Shown here piece by piece: positions 39,812 through 49,315 of a DNA stretch of 64,000 nucleotides (position 1 is the first letter of the stretch; every line of letters begins with the position of its first letter). The DNA lies in NCBI GenBank assembly GCA_965200315.1, contig OZ241362.1, forward strand, positions 2,112,001 through 2,176,000, given 5' to 3'. Below the pieces are notes generated by a model, which saw only the letters and a program-made list of their open reading frames with translations, was not told the DNA's origin and did no database searches. Position numbers and translations under genes: made by a program. The DNA comes from Candidatus Latescibacterota bacterium (GTDB lineage Bacteria > Latescibacterota > UBA2968 > UBA8231).

Positions 39812-40801
39812 TCACAACCACTGCAACAAGAACCGAGCCTGTGCCTCCTCTAGGCTTAGCAGGCCCTCGACGCACTCGCGGATGCGCTTGAGCATGGCCG
39901 CCGGGTCGTTGTACGCTCCCTTGCAGAACAAATCGCTCGTCGTCTCCCAACGCTGGCCTATGTCCCCAAAGGCATCGGCCGACGCCGACAGAGCACCCAA
40001 GCCGGTTGCCGCCGCCAGCCGCCGCAGGTTGTCGTCCAGCCGCCGGCGCTGTGGGCCGAGTAGGGCCATCTCGCTGAACACCTCCCGCATCCAAGCGCGC
40101 ATACTCTCTGCGTCCCGCTCAGTCTGACGCTCCAGCTCCTCGACAAAGCGCTGCGCGGCCGGCAGGCCCGTCTCTACCCGGCCGACCTTGCTACCCGCGA
40201 GCATCTCCCGCACATCATCCAACAGCACCTGCTCCATCCTTTCGACAGGATAGGGATCGAGGCCCTCGGGCACTGCGTAGTCGTACAACAACAATTCGGG
40301 TAACATGTCGGGCAGACGCGAAATCGGCACCTGCCCCACAAAGCCCTGCGGATTGACCAAGATCATCAACACGTCCGCCACTCGATCGTACCCATAGATG
40401 AGCATGGCTTCACTCGCGCCGGGTACGCGATTGTAGCGAAAGGCCGCATCTTTCACATCGCGGGCATCCACCCAAGCGAGCAGCACTCGATCTGCGGCAA
40501 GCGACTCTTCAATCGCCTGCCATAGATCGGCAAAATTATCGCGGCGCACCTCGCGACGCTCAATTCCGTAGAGATAGTACAAGTTGCGATGGAGCAACTC
40601 ATCGGCAGGCAGACCGACCGGCATTCGCTCCTCGGCGTCAAAAAAGAACGACCAACCCATCAAGGCTCCGTAGTACGCTCGCTCGTCGGCGAGTTGGGGG
40701 CTGTAGTATTGGAGCGCGGCCATAATAGTCTCTCCAGAGGCGAACAACGTGGGATGCCCCTCGACTCGGTAGAGATCAACAGGATGAAGTACCTTCTTCA
40801 C
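39812..40801 (-). CDS. BtrH-N/DUF4872-like protein, catalytic residues apparently lost
   Basis: Papain-like pattern 'VLLAWVD…MLIYGYD', 'TGLPA..RF..EL', helical C-terminus 'IGQRW'. Confidence 0.6.
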   Translation of the reverse strand: MKKVLHPVDLYRVEGHPTLFASGETIMAALQYYSPQLADERAYYGALMGWSFFFDAEERMPVGLPADELLHRNLYYLYGIERREVRRDNFADLWQAIEESLAADRVLLAWVDARDVKDAAFRYNRVPGASEAMLIYGYDRVADVLMILVNPQGFVGQVPISRLPDMLPELLLYDYAVPEGLDPYPVERMEQVLLDDVREMLAGSKVGRVETGLPAAQRFVEELERQTERDAESMRAWMREVFSEMALLGPQRRRLDDNLRRLAAATGLGALSASADAFGDIGQRWETTSDLFCKGAYNDPAAMLKRIRECVEGLLSLEEAQARFLLQWL

Positions 40802-40899
40802 GGTATCCTCAATTGGTTAGAAGGTGAGTTGCCAAAATCAGGGCAAGGCACACGTCTAAAAAGGACTTCTGCTCTAGACAATGGATGGGATGGTAATGA

Positions 40900-41117
40900 C
40901 AAGTCGCCTTGGGTCAGGGCGGATATGACCCATCTCCTTCGGAGAAGGGGAACAGGCGGCCCCCTCGGGGGCCGGGCCACGTTCAACATTCCCTGCAGAG
41001 TGCAGCGATGTCTCTACCTATTCGCCAAGGCGGAGGGAGCGACCCTTCGCCGGGTCTCGGCTATTGTATTCAGCAGATGACCCGACTACGGCGGGATCTG
41101 CAAGGAATGCTGAACAC
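40900..41117 (-). ncRNA. Candidate structured leader/ncRNA
   Basis: 19-bp stem 41115-41097/40999-40981 with two G-U pairs on the minus strand only; several further hairpins; promoter-like TTGTCG-18-TATCTT just upstream. Confidence 0.45.
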
Positions 41118-41174
41118 TCTGAAGATAGGAGAAGATGGCCGCTGGCGACAAGGCCAACTTGTTTTGTGCTGGGC

Positions 41175-41202
41175 AAAAAAATCAGCCCCTTGCGGAGCTG
41201 AT
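41175..41202 (-). terminator. Rho-independent terminator after the DUF1854 gene
   Basis: atcagctcc-gcaa-ggggctgat followed by a T run. Confidence 0.8.
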
Positions 41203-41229
41203 CGGCAGGACGGCAACGGCGAGGACTAA

Positions 41230-41760
41230 TCAGACGACTTGTTCAACCGCGGCCAAGCTCTTCTTATCCAATTCGTCGAGGCGCGGAATTTCAAAGCGGT
41301 TGCCATCCACATCGGTGATCAGCAGCCGGTGGTCGCCGAGCCATTGGGCGTTTTCCGAGACGTTCTGAACGACGAACTCGCGCGGGCCGCGATCGGTCTG
41401 CACGTCCCAATACGAGGTGCCGTATTCGTTGCGCACCGCATTGACCTGCTGAATCGCCGCCGTCAAGTAGCGGCGGTCCAGCTCTTCCTCAATCAAGGCG
41501 CACGCTTCTAAATCGAGCTGTTTGAGATCGTCAATCATACAGATCTCCTCGTCTTTGGCGTCGAGGAGGCAGATATAGCGGGTCGGATGCGACAGCGGCG
41601 CGGCGCGGACGACCTTCACCTTCAGGTATGAGCGGTCGCCTTCAATGGTCAAGCGCAATATCCAAGCCGGCGCCCGGAAGAGGCGCAGCTTGTCAATTTC
41701 TACGTGCTCGGGGTGAGTCACGGAAATCGGGGTGATCGCTAATTTTGCGTTATCTGTCAT
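41230..41760 (-). CDS. DUF1854-like protein
   Basis: 'VRAAPLSHP', 'WDVQTDRGPREF', 'DVDGNRFEIP'. Confidence 0.8.
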   Translation of the reverse strand: MTDNAKLAITPISVTHPEHVEIDKLRLFRAPAWILRLTIEGDRSYLKVKVVRAAPLSHPTRYICLLDAKDEEICMIDDLKQLDLEACALIEEELDRRYLTAAIQQVNAVRNEYGTSYWDVQTDRGPREFVVQNVSENAQWLGDHRLLITDVDGNRFEIPRLDELDKKSLAAVEQVV

Positions 41761-41773
41761 TGCATCTTCCTCG

Positions 41774-43984
41774 CTAGCCACTGGTGGCCATGACCGCGGA
41801 TGTCTCGCGTTGGGTCTTTACTAGATTGTAGAAAATGCCCTCGCACGCCATCAGTTCCTCGTGCGTGCCAACTTCGGCTATTTTACCTGCGTCGAGGACT
41901 ACGAGTCGATCCGCGCTACGCAGGGTTGAAAGCCGGTGGGCAATGGCAAAAGTCGTGCGGCCTTGGACCAGCCGCTGAATGGCCTCTTGGATTTTCTTCT
42001 CAGTCGGCGTGTCCAGCGACGAAGTAGCCTCGTCCAAGATCAGGATCCGCGGGTCGTGGAGAATGGCCCGCGCAATCGCGATGCGCTGCTTCTCGCCGCC
42101 GGCGAGTTTGTCGCCCTGCTCCCCGACGACCATGTCATATCCGTCCGGCTTTTTGACGACAAACTCGTGGGCGTTGGCCGCACGGGCCGCACGCAAAATC
42201 TCGCCGAACGTGGCACCGGGCTTGCCATAGGCGATGTTTTCGGCAATCGTGCCGTTGAACAAAAATGACTGCTGGGCCACCAAACCAATCTGCGAACGCA
42301 GGTCGCGTAGGCGGATTTTGCGGATATCGACCCCGTCAATGGCGAGGCGGCCGTGCGAGACATCGTAAAAGCGCGTGATTAGGTTGATCAGCGTGCTCTT
42401 GCCCGCCCCAGACTTGCCGACTAGACCGATCATCTCGCCCGGCTGCACCACCAAGTCGAGGTCGCGCAGGACTATCTTGCCCGGGTCATAGCCAAAGGCC
42501 GCGCCTTCAAAGGAGACCGCGCCTTTAAGCGCGGGCGCACGCTGGGCACTGGGGTTGTCAAAAGGCTCGGAGGGCGCATCGACGATCTCAAAGATGCGCT
42601 CGGCACCGGCAAAGGCCCGCACCATGAAGCTATAGAAATCGCCAAACCACTTGAGCGGATGGTAGAGCATCCACAGATAGGCGATAAAGGCCATCAGCTC
42701 CCCCAGCGACAGGTCGCCGCCAACGATCTGCTGACCGCCGAAATACCACACGAAGAACCCACCAAAGCTCATGAAAAAGTTGGTCACCATGAAGAAGACC
42801 AACCAAGAGCGCTCGGCGCTGACGCTGATTTGGCGCAAGGCGTGGTTGCGCTGATCAAAGCGCTCGGACTCGCGGTGTTCTTGCGCGAACGCCTTGACCA
42901 CGCGGATGCCGGAGATCGATTCGTTGAGATGCGTCGTCAGCCGCGACCAGCGCGCCGACCAACGGCCCCAGAAGCGTTGCAGGCGATTCCAGATGAGGCT
43001 TGAGCCAATGACAATTGGCGGCACCGGAGCCAGCACGTAGAGGGTCAGCTCCCAGTTCATGTAGAACAGCAGCCCCAAGATGCCGACGATCATCGCGGCA
43101 TTGGAGACGATATAGGGCATGTCAAAGAGCAGAAAGTCTTCGACCATTTCCGAGTCGTTGTTCATGCGCGAGATCAAGGCGCCGACCTTGCGCTTGTCGT
43201 AAAAGCGCAGGGGCAGGTACTGGAGAGCCTTGAACAAATCCGTGCGCAAGTGCTCGATGGCGCGGAAGCCGACCCGGACGTTGAGCCAGCGGCGCACCAC
43301 GCCGATGCCCCACTCGACGACGCCAATCAGGAACAGGCCGCCAACTAGCCAGTAGAGCATGTCGGCGGCGGTCCCGGGGACGAGCACATCGTCAATGAGA
43401 TGCTTGATGATATAGGGAGGTGCCAACTCCAGCAGCGAGGATGCCACCGTAAGGCCCAGCAACAAGGCTAGCTGGAGCCGATAGGGCAGCATGTAGCCGA
43501 TGAGGCGCTTGAAGGTGTCGAATTTGGCGATGCAGACCGGGCATATCCCGCCTATTTCGGGCAGGCGACGCCCGCATTGCTCGCAGTGCGTCCGGTCCAG
43601 CTCGTGGGGCAGGTTGAGGTCTTGGCCTTCTTTGAGCTGTTCGATGCCCTCGGCCACCTCGGCGAATTTGGGTGCCAGCGAGTTGGAGTAGTACAGATGC
43701 GTCGGTGCGCCTTCTGCGCACTCCAGCTCCAAGCGCCCGCCGCCGACTAGCGCCTCAATGCGGGCGGACTTGACCGCTTGCAGCGAAAACTCCACGTCGC
43801 CGTGCGCACCGTTGGGCGCGAGGACCATCAAGCGCTTCGACGTTACGACCAACCAGCGCTGCTCAAAGCGGTCCTCGCCGGCCATATCCGTGGCGACCTG
43901 GATCAGGACTTGCTCCGCACGGCCCTTGCGCGATTCGACTTTGGCTTCGACCGTGCGCGGCAGATTTTCCAAAAAGGTGGACAT
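41774..43984 (-). CDS. ABC exporter with N-terminal Zn-ribbon extension; signature LAGGE
   Basis: CEQC…CPVC; GKSGAGKST; ILILDEAT. Confidence 0.93.
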   Translation of the reverse strand: MSTFLENLPRTVEAKVESRKGRAEQVLIQVATDMAGEDRFEQRWLVVTSKRLMVLAPNGAHGDVEFSLQAVKSARIEALVGGGRLELECAEGAPTHLYYSNSLAPKFAEVAEGIEQLKEGQDLNLPHELDRTHCEQCGRRLPEIGGICPVCIAKFDTFKRLIGYMLPYRLQLALLLGLTVASSLLELAPPYIIKHLIDDVLVPGTAADMLYWLVGGLFLIGVVEWGIGVVRRWLNVRVGFRAIEHLRTDLFKALQYLPLRFYDKRKVGALISRMNNDSEMVEDFLLFDMPYIVSNAAMIVGILGLLFYMNWELTLYVLAPVPPIVIGSSLIWNRLQRFWGRWSARWSRLTTHLNESISGIRVVKAFAQEHRESERFDQRNHALRQISVSAERSWLVFFMVTNFFMSFGGFFVWYFGGQQIVGGDLSLGELMAFIAYLWMLYHPLKWFGDFYSFMVRAFAGAERIFEIVDAPSEPFDNPSAQRAPALKGAVSFEGAAFGYDPGKIVLRDLDLVVQPGEMIGLVGKSGAGKSTLINLITRFYDVSHGRLAIDGVDIRKIRLRDLRSQIGLVAQQSFLFNGTIAENIAYGKPGATFGEILRAARAANAHEFVVKKPDGYDMVVGEQGDKLAGGEKQRIAIARAILHDPRILILDEATSSLDTPTEKKIQEAIQRLVQGRTTFAIAHRLSTLRSADRLVVLDAGKIAEVGTHEELMACEGIFYNLVKTQRETSAVMATSG

Positions 43985-43991
43985 GGATGGT

Positions 43992-46220
43992 CTAGTCCTT
44001 AATGGCGATGATCTCGGCCACCTCTTTTTGCAAATTGACCAACTCGCAAAAGGTCCCCTGCTTGTCCATAAGCTCTGCGTGCGTCCCCTGCTCGACGATG
44101 CGGCCGTCGTCGAGGACCATCAGACGGTCGGCGTTGCGCAACGTCGAAAGCCGGTGGGCAATGGCCACGGTGGTGCGGCCCTCAATGAGCCGCTGAATCG
44201 CCTCTTGGATCTGCAGCTCGGTCTCCACATCGACCGAGGCGGTGGCTTCGTCGAGGATCAGGATGCGTGGGTTGTGGAGAATGGCGCGGGCGATGGAGAC
44301 GCGCTGGCGCTCCCCGCCCGAAAGCCCGGCCCCCTTCTCCCCGACTTGGGTCTCATAGCCATCGGGCTTAGCCATGATGAAGTTGTGGGCGTTGGCCGCA
44401 CGGGCGGCCGCCATGATGTCCGCAAAGGAGGAACCGGGCCGGCCGTAGCCGATGTTTTCGGCAATGGTGCCGGAAAAGAGCACCGGCTCCTGCAGCACGA
44501 TGCCGATCTGCGAGCGCAAGTCGCGCAGAGCGATGCGGCGGATGTCGATCCCGTCGATCTCAATGGTCCCGTAATCGACGTCGTAGAAGCGGGCTATGAG
44601 ATTGATGGTCGTCGTCTTGCCGACCCCGGACTTACCCACCAAGCCGATCATCTCGCCCGGCTGGATGTCCAAGTCAAAACCCTTCAGCACGGGCTTGCTC
44701 TTGTCGTAGCCAAAGGTGACGCCCCGGAAGCAAATGCCCCCCTGCATTCGCGGCAGCCGCTCGGCGGTTGGGTCCTCGTAGGCCTCGGGCTGGGTGTCGA
44801 TAACCTCGAAGATACGCTCGGCTCCGGCAAAGGCCCGCGACATCCAAGCATTGACTTGGCCGAACCACTCCAAGGGGCCGTAAAACAGCCACATATACGA
44901 GTAAAAGGCCAACAGCGTACCCAAGGTCATTTTTCCGCCGAGGACTTGCAGCCCGCCGAGAAGCCAGATGACCAAGACTCCCAAACCCGTCAGGAACGTG
45001 ATGGTAGCGAAGAACACGCCGCGATTTATCGCGGTCTTTTCGGCAACTTCGCGCAGCCGGCCGTTGGGCTTGGCAAAAGCCGCTATTTCCCGGCCCTCTT
45101 GGGCAAACGCCTTGACCACGCGGATGCCGGAAAGCGTCTCCACCGTGCGCTCCGTCAGGCCAGACCAGACCTCGCCCCACTTGACGAAAAAGCCGCGCAG
45201 CCGCCGCCAAAAAACCACCCCCCACAGCATGATCAGCGGCACGGGCACCAACACGTATAAGCTCAACGACCAACTCATCCAGAACAAAAACCCGAGGATG
45301 CCGAAAACCATCAGGCCGTTGATGACGATATAGGGCAGGCCATCGACGAGGAAGTCCTGCAACATGCCGGCGTCGCGGGTGGCCCGCGAGATGAGAGAGC
45401 CGACCCTGCGCTTGTCGTAAAACTGCAAGGACAGCATCTCCAAGCGGCGGTAGAGGAGCGAGCGAATATCCGCGGTGAGCTGCGCGCCGAGCCAAGTCGC
45501 AATCCAGCCGTGGGTCCATTCGGCGACCCACGCCGAGAAGCGGACGCCGACCAAGGCCACGACGAACAGACCCAAGAGGTGGATGCGCTCGTCAGCCCCG
45601 GTGGCTTGGCCCTCTACCGGGACCAACACCTCATCGACGATGCGCTTGATAATCAGCGGCGGGGCCAACTCCGCAGCCGTGGTGGCAATGGAAGCGAAGG
45701 CCAAGACGCCTGCCTTGAGTTTGTACGGGCCGAGATAGCTGGCAATGCGCTTGAGGGTCGCCAGTTTTTTGATACACGCCGGACAGATGCCGTCTTTCTC
45801 CGGCAAGAGCCGCTCGCAGCGCTCGCAGCGGGTCCGCTCCAAGTGCCCATTGACGACAAAGGGCTGGCCTTGACGCAGCTGCTCCAAACCTCGCACCACC
45901 TCGGACATCTTGTCAGCTTCAGAGCTGGTGTAGCCCAGCACCAAGGTTGGCGCATCCACGCGCTCGATTTCCAACTGGCCGCCGCCGACAATCGCGTCGG
46001 TGCGCACCTCGGCCAGCGCGGCGAGGGGAATATCGACGACAGCACCCTGAGTGGGCACGACGAGGACCCGGCGCGGGGTGGCCACCAGCCACTGGCGGCC
46101 AAAGCGCCCGTCGGCGGCCAAATCCGTAGAGACGCGGATTAGCACCTCCTCCTCAGCGGGCAGGGCGGCGGCGATCCGCACGGCCGCGGTCGCGTCGGCT
46201 GGCTCTAGCAGTTTTTGCAC
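43992..46220 (-). CDS. ABC exporter with N-terminal Zn-ribbon extension
   Basis: CERC…CPAC; GKSGVGKTT; LSGGERQ. Confidence 0.93.
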   Translation of the reverse strand: MQKLLEPADATAAVRIAAALPAEEEVLIRVSTDLAADGRFGRQWLVATPRRVLVVPTQGAVVDIPLAALAEVRTDAIVGGGQLEIERVDAPTLVLGYTSSEADKMSEVVRGLEQLRQGQPFVVNGHLERTRCERCERLLPEKDGICPACIKKLATLKRIASYLGPYKLKAGVLAFASIATTAAELAPPLIIKRIVDEVLVPVEGQATGADERIHLLGLFVVALVGVRFSAWVAEWTHGWIATWLGAQLTADIRSLLYRRLEMLSLQFYDKRRVGSLISRATRDAGMLQDFLVDGLPYIVINGLMVFGILGFLFWMSWSLSLYVLVPVPLIMLWGVVFWRRLRGFFVKWGEVWSGLTERTVETLSGIRVVKAFAQEGREIAAFAKPNGRLREVAEKTAINRGVFFATITFLTGLGVLVIWLLGGLQVLGGKMTLGTLLAFYSYMWLFYGPLEWFGQVNAWMSRAFAGAERIFEVIDTQPEAYEDPTAERLPRMQGGICFRGVTFGYDKSKPVLKGFDLDIQPGEMIGLVGKSGVGKTTTINLIARFYDVDYGTIEIDGIDIRRIALRDLRSQIGIVLQEPVLFSGTIAENIGYGRPGSSFADIMAAARAANAHNFIMAKPDGYETQVGEKGAGLSGGERQRVSIARAILHNPRILILDEATASVDVETELQIQEAIQRLIEGRTTVAIAHRLSTLRNADRLMVLDDGRIVEQGTHAELMDKQGTFCELVNLQKEVAEIIAIKD

Positions 46221-46388
46221 GCTCAGGCCTCAAAAAAAACTGCGGGGGTAGCCCCGCAAAACAGGTTGACTCAACCCTGAAAAAGCTACTCTTGGCGTTT
46301 GGACAATGGCAAGGGAAAATTGGAAAAGGGTGCTCGGTCGTGGACAATCGCTTTGCCAATTCGCCCTTATCCTTACATTATAGGGTCT

Positions 46389-47186
46389 ATGACCGCTATG
46401 ACCGCAGACCAAAAGACACGGGTGTTCTCGTCCTGTGAAGAGCGCAACCAGCAGCTAGCCCACTGCCTCCGCGACCTAGTCCTAGAGCAGATGCCCGCCG
46501 CGGATCTCTTGCGCTGGGCCAGCGAGACCTTCCCCGGCCGGGCCGTGCTCAACACCAGCTTCCAGTACACAGGCGTCGCGATGATCCACATGGCGACGTC
46601 CATGGGGCTGAATTTGCGCTTTGCCACCATCGACACCCTCCGGCTCCACCCCGAGACGTACGCCTTTATGGAGGAAGTCAAAGTGCGCTACGGCTGCCAC
46701 TTCGAGGTCGTTCAGCCCAAAAGCGGCGATGTTGAGCGGATGGTCGCACACCACGGCGAGTACTTGTTTTTCGACTCCAAGGAAAAACAGGAGCACTGCT
46801 GCCAAGTGCGGAAGGAATGGCCCAACAACGCGCTGTTACAGACCGCGGACTGCTGGATTTCGGGGCAGCGCTGGGACCAGTCCGCGCATCGTCAGCAGAC
46901 CGCGAAGAAGGCGGCCCTGATCGACGAGTACAGCACCCGGCGCAAAATACTCAAGCTCAATCCATTGGTCGATTGGAGCGAAGAAGCACTGATGGAGTTT
47001 ACGCGGGCAAACGACTTGCCGGTGCATCCGCTCTACGGCCAAGGCTACCCGAGCTTTGGCTGCATCATCTGCTCCACTCCGATCCGGCCCGACGAACCCA
47101 AGCGCAACGGTCGCTGGCGTTGGTTCAACGAACAAGCCGACGGCCCAGACGACCACAAAGAGTGCGGGCTACACTACAACATCTGA
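46389..47186 (+). CDS. cysH: Adenylyl-sulfate (APS/PAPS) reductase, [4Fe-4S] type
   Basis: 'IDT', 'CCQVRK', 'GYPSFGCIICS', 'RNGRW', 'ECGLH'. Confidence 0.92.
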   Translation: MTAMTADQKTRVFSSCEERNQQLAHCLRDLVLEQMPAADLLRWASETFPGRAVLNTSFQYTGVAMIHMATSMGLNLRFATIDTLRLHPETYAFMEEVKVRYGCHFEVVQPKSGDVERMVAHHGEYLFFDSKEKQEHCCQVRKEWPNNALLQTADCWISGQRWDQSAHRQQTAKKAALIDEYSTRRKILKLNPLVDWSEEALMEFTRANDLPVHPLYGQGYPSFGCIICSTPIRPDEPKRNGRWRWFNEQADGPDDHKECGLHYNI

Positions 47187-47199
47187 AGGAACCTGAGCA

Positions 47200-47550
47200 A
47201 TGGTCCAAGCCTTGGAATGGCGCTACCACCGCCCCGGCTGAACGAGCTGCAAGCGCGCACAAGAGTTTCTTGTGCAAAACAGCATTGCCGACGGCATCGT
47301 GCAGAGTGCGACCAAAGAACCGGTCGCAGGTACGGCCGCCCTCACTCTGCTCGAGGACGCGACCGAGCTGTTCGTCGCCCAAGGGCAGCAAATCCTCCGC
47401 TTCGACTTGGTGGCGCAACGGCCGGCGGACGAGGAATTGCTCCCGCTTCTGTTGGGGCGTTCTGGCAAGCTGCGGGCACCCGCGTTCCGCTGCGGTACGC
47501 GCCTGATCGTCGGCTATAATCAGGCGCTGCTGCCGACGGCGTTGAGCTGA
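47200..47550 (+). CDS. ArsC-like thioredoxin-fold selenoprotein (UxxC), UGA at 47239-47241
   Basis: 'YHRPG-U-TSC', 'LLGRSGKLRAP', 'LIVGYN'; hairpin gcacaaga-gtt-tcttgtgc 15 nt after UGA. Confidence 0.85.
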
Positions 47551-47729
47551 GCACATATGGTAGAGATCGGCTTCACTCGTCCCGCAGTTAAAGTTGCAAA
47601 TCTCAATAAGGCGAAAGACCTAGAGCAAAATGACTTGCGAGTTATATTTCCTTACAAAAAATAAAAGGGAAATATCGTCTAATACATCGAATGGAAACCG
47701 CGATTTATCTTTCCCGAGTACCAATGCCC

Positions 47730-49199
47730 TCACTGATTCGAGGAATGCGGATAGACCCGCTCCCACCCCGCCGCACCGAACACCTTATCGGCCCACAGAG
47801 GGCCACTTGCAGAGGCGTCCACCAAATTGTAGTCGTGCGAGGATTGCACGGAGCGCATGACCTCGCGCCAAAGTGCAGCGTCTAAGTGCCGGTATTCGGC
47901 CGCGTGCGACGCGGATTCGGCGAGATTGTGCTGTTCTTGAGGATCTTCCTGCAAATCGAAAAGCCCGGTCGCGCCGTTGCCGTACTTCACTAGCTTGTGC
48001 CGCCCGTCGTAGGCCATCCAGCCAGATTGCAAGCCGCCGATGAGCATGTCGCGCGGTGTATCGCCGGCCAAGCCCAAGCCGGGCAAGGGCCTAGCGTCCA
48101 TGTACTCCGGTACACCGTGCCCAGATGCGGCTAACAGGGTAGCGGTGACGTCCGTGAGACAAACGAGATCGTCGCGCACCGCGCCGACGGCACCGCCCGG
48201 CTGGCGCACTAGCATGGGCACGTGGCAGCTACCCTCGTAGAAGTTGCCCTTGGCGTTTACGCCGTGATCTCCGACCAAGTCGCCGTGGTCGGAGGCGAAG
48301 ATGACGATGGTGTTGTCGAGACGGCCGCTTTCCTCCAAGGCCGCGAGGATTTGGCCGACCTCGTGGTCTATCTGCAAGATGAGCGCGGAGTAGTGGGCGC
48401 GCACCTTGCGCTTCTGCTCCTCGGTGTAGGGACCTTCGGCCTCTGGAGTCCATATCGGCACGCCCGGCCGAGGCCGAGGATGGATGCCCTCGCGGACATC
48501 CCGGTGAATGGGATCGCCGGGGGCAGGATCGGGAATGTTATCGACATCTACTTTAGCCAGAAATTCAGGCGTGGGATCGTAGGGGTCGTGGGGGCCGGGG
48601 AAGCCGACCATGCAGGCGAAGGGCCGCTCGTCGTCGTACTCGCGGATGAAGCGCGCAGCCTCCTCGCCGACGAAGTAATCCCAGTAGCAATCCCAAGGCA
48701 AAAGCGACACGCAGGCACCGCGATTTTCGTCGTATCCTTCGTGCTCCTTGCCCATGTACTTGCGGTGGCCGCGCTGTTGCAGATAGTGCCAGTAATCATC
48801 TTGGATGTTGACCCACACCTTGTCTTCGCAGGCGATGCGATGTTGGAAGCCAAAAGAGGCTTCCCACGGGTAGAAGTGCATCTTGCCGATGGCCGAGGTG
48901 AGGTAGCCGTGGTCGGTCAACATCTCCGCCCAAGTGCGGATGCCACACGCAGCGTGGTCCGGTCGCAGGTGGTTGCCGTTGGTCAGCACGTGATTGCGCC
49001 AAGCATTGAGGCCAGTCAGCAGCGAACAACGCGCCGGTACGCAGACCGGATGCAGGCTGTAGGCGCGGTCGTAGCGGATTCCCTCGGCGGCAATGCGGTC
49101 GATGTGGGGCGTGGAAATGTGGGGAGCACCGTAACAACTGAGAAAGTCGTGGCGCATCTGGTCGGGCATGATGAACAACAAATTGGGTCGGTCGCTCAT
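47730..49199 (-). CDS. Formylglycine-dependent sulfatase
   Basis: 'PNLLFIMPDQ', CxPxR 'CVPAR', 'GKMH', 'PHDPY', 'SDHGD'. Confidence 0.93.
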   Translation of the reverse strand: MSDRPNLLFIMPDQMRHDFLSCYGAPHISTPHIDRIAAEGIRYDRAYSLHPVCVPARCSLLTGLNAWRNHVLTNGNHLRPDHAACGIRTWAEMLTDHGYLTSAIGKMHFYPWEASFGFQHRIACEDKVWVNIQDDYWHYLQQRGHRKYMGKEHEGYDENRGACVSLLPWDCYWDYFVGEEAARFIREYDDERPFACMVGFPGPHDPYDPTPEFLAKVDVDNIPDPAPGDPIHRDVREGIHPRPRPGVPIWTPEAEGPYTEEQKRKVRAHYSALILQIDHEVGQILAALEESGRLDNTIVIFASDHGDLVGDHGVNAKGNFYEGSCHVPMLVRQPGGAVGAVRDDLVCLTDVTATLLAASGHGVPEYMDARPLPGLGLAGDTPRDMLIGGLQSGWMAYDGRHKLVKYGNGATGLFDLQEDPQEQHNLAESASHAAEYRHLDAALWREVMRSVQSSHDYNLVDASASGPLWADKVFGAAGWERVYPHSSNQ

Positions 49200-49315
49200 G
49201 GTTCTATTCCATTCGTTAGGGTGTTTTCGCACTCGTCCGCGCTTTGGCCCAATCGTCGGCGCATCCTTGGTCAGCTACTAATTGCTAGGGGACGGCCTTC
49301 GTTGGTGCGCTCATA

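Noticed and set aside
41010-41130. Plus-strand resemblance to SAM-I (GGCGGAGGGA…GAAGAUAGG) or to the 6S RNA 3' end
   Set aside because: SAM-I core (AUC, GCAAC, GUGC) is missing, the element is too short for 6S, and G-U pairs favour the minus strand
40909-41229. 106-aa plus-strand ORF
   Set aside because: Overlaps the structured region and terminator; atypical composition, no SD
43758-45260. Long antisense ORFs (also 48222-49319, 33015-33974, 60659-61618)
   Set aside because: Shadow frames of GC-rich genes on the opposite strand
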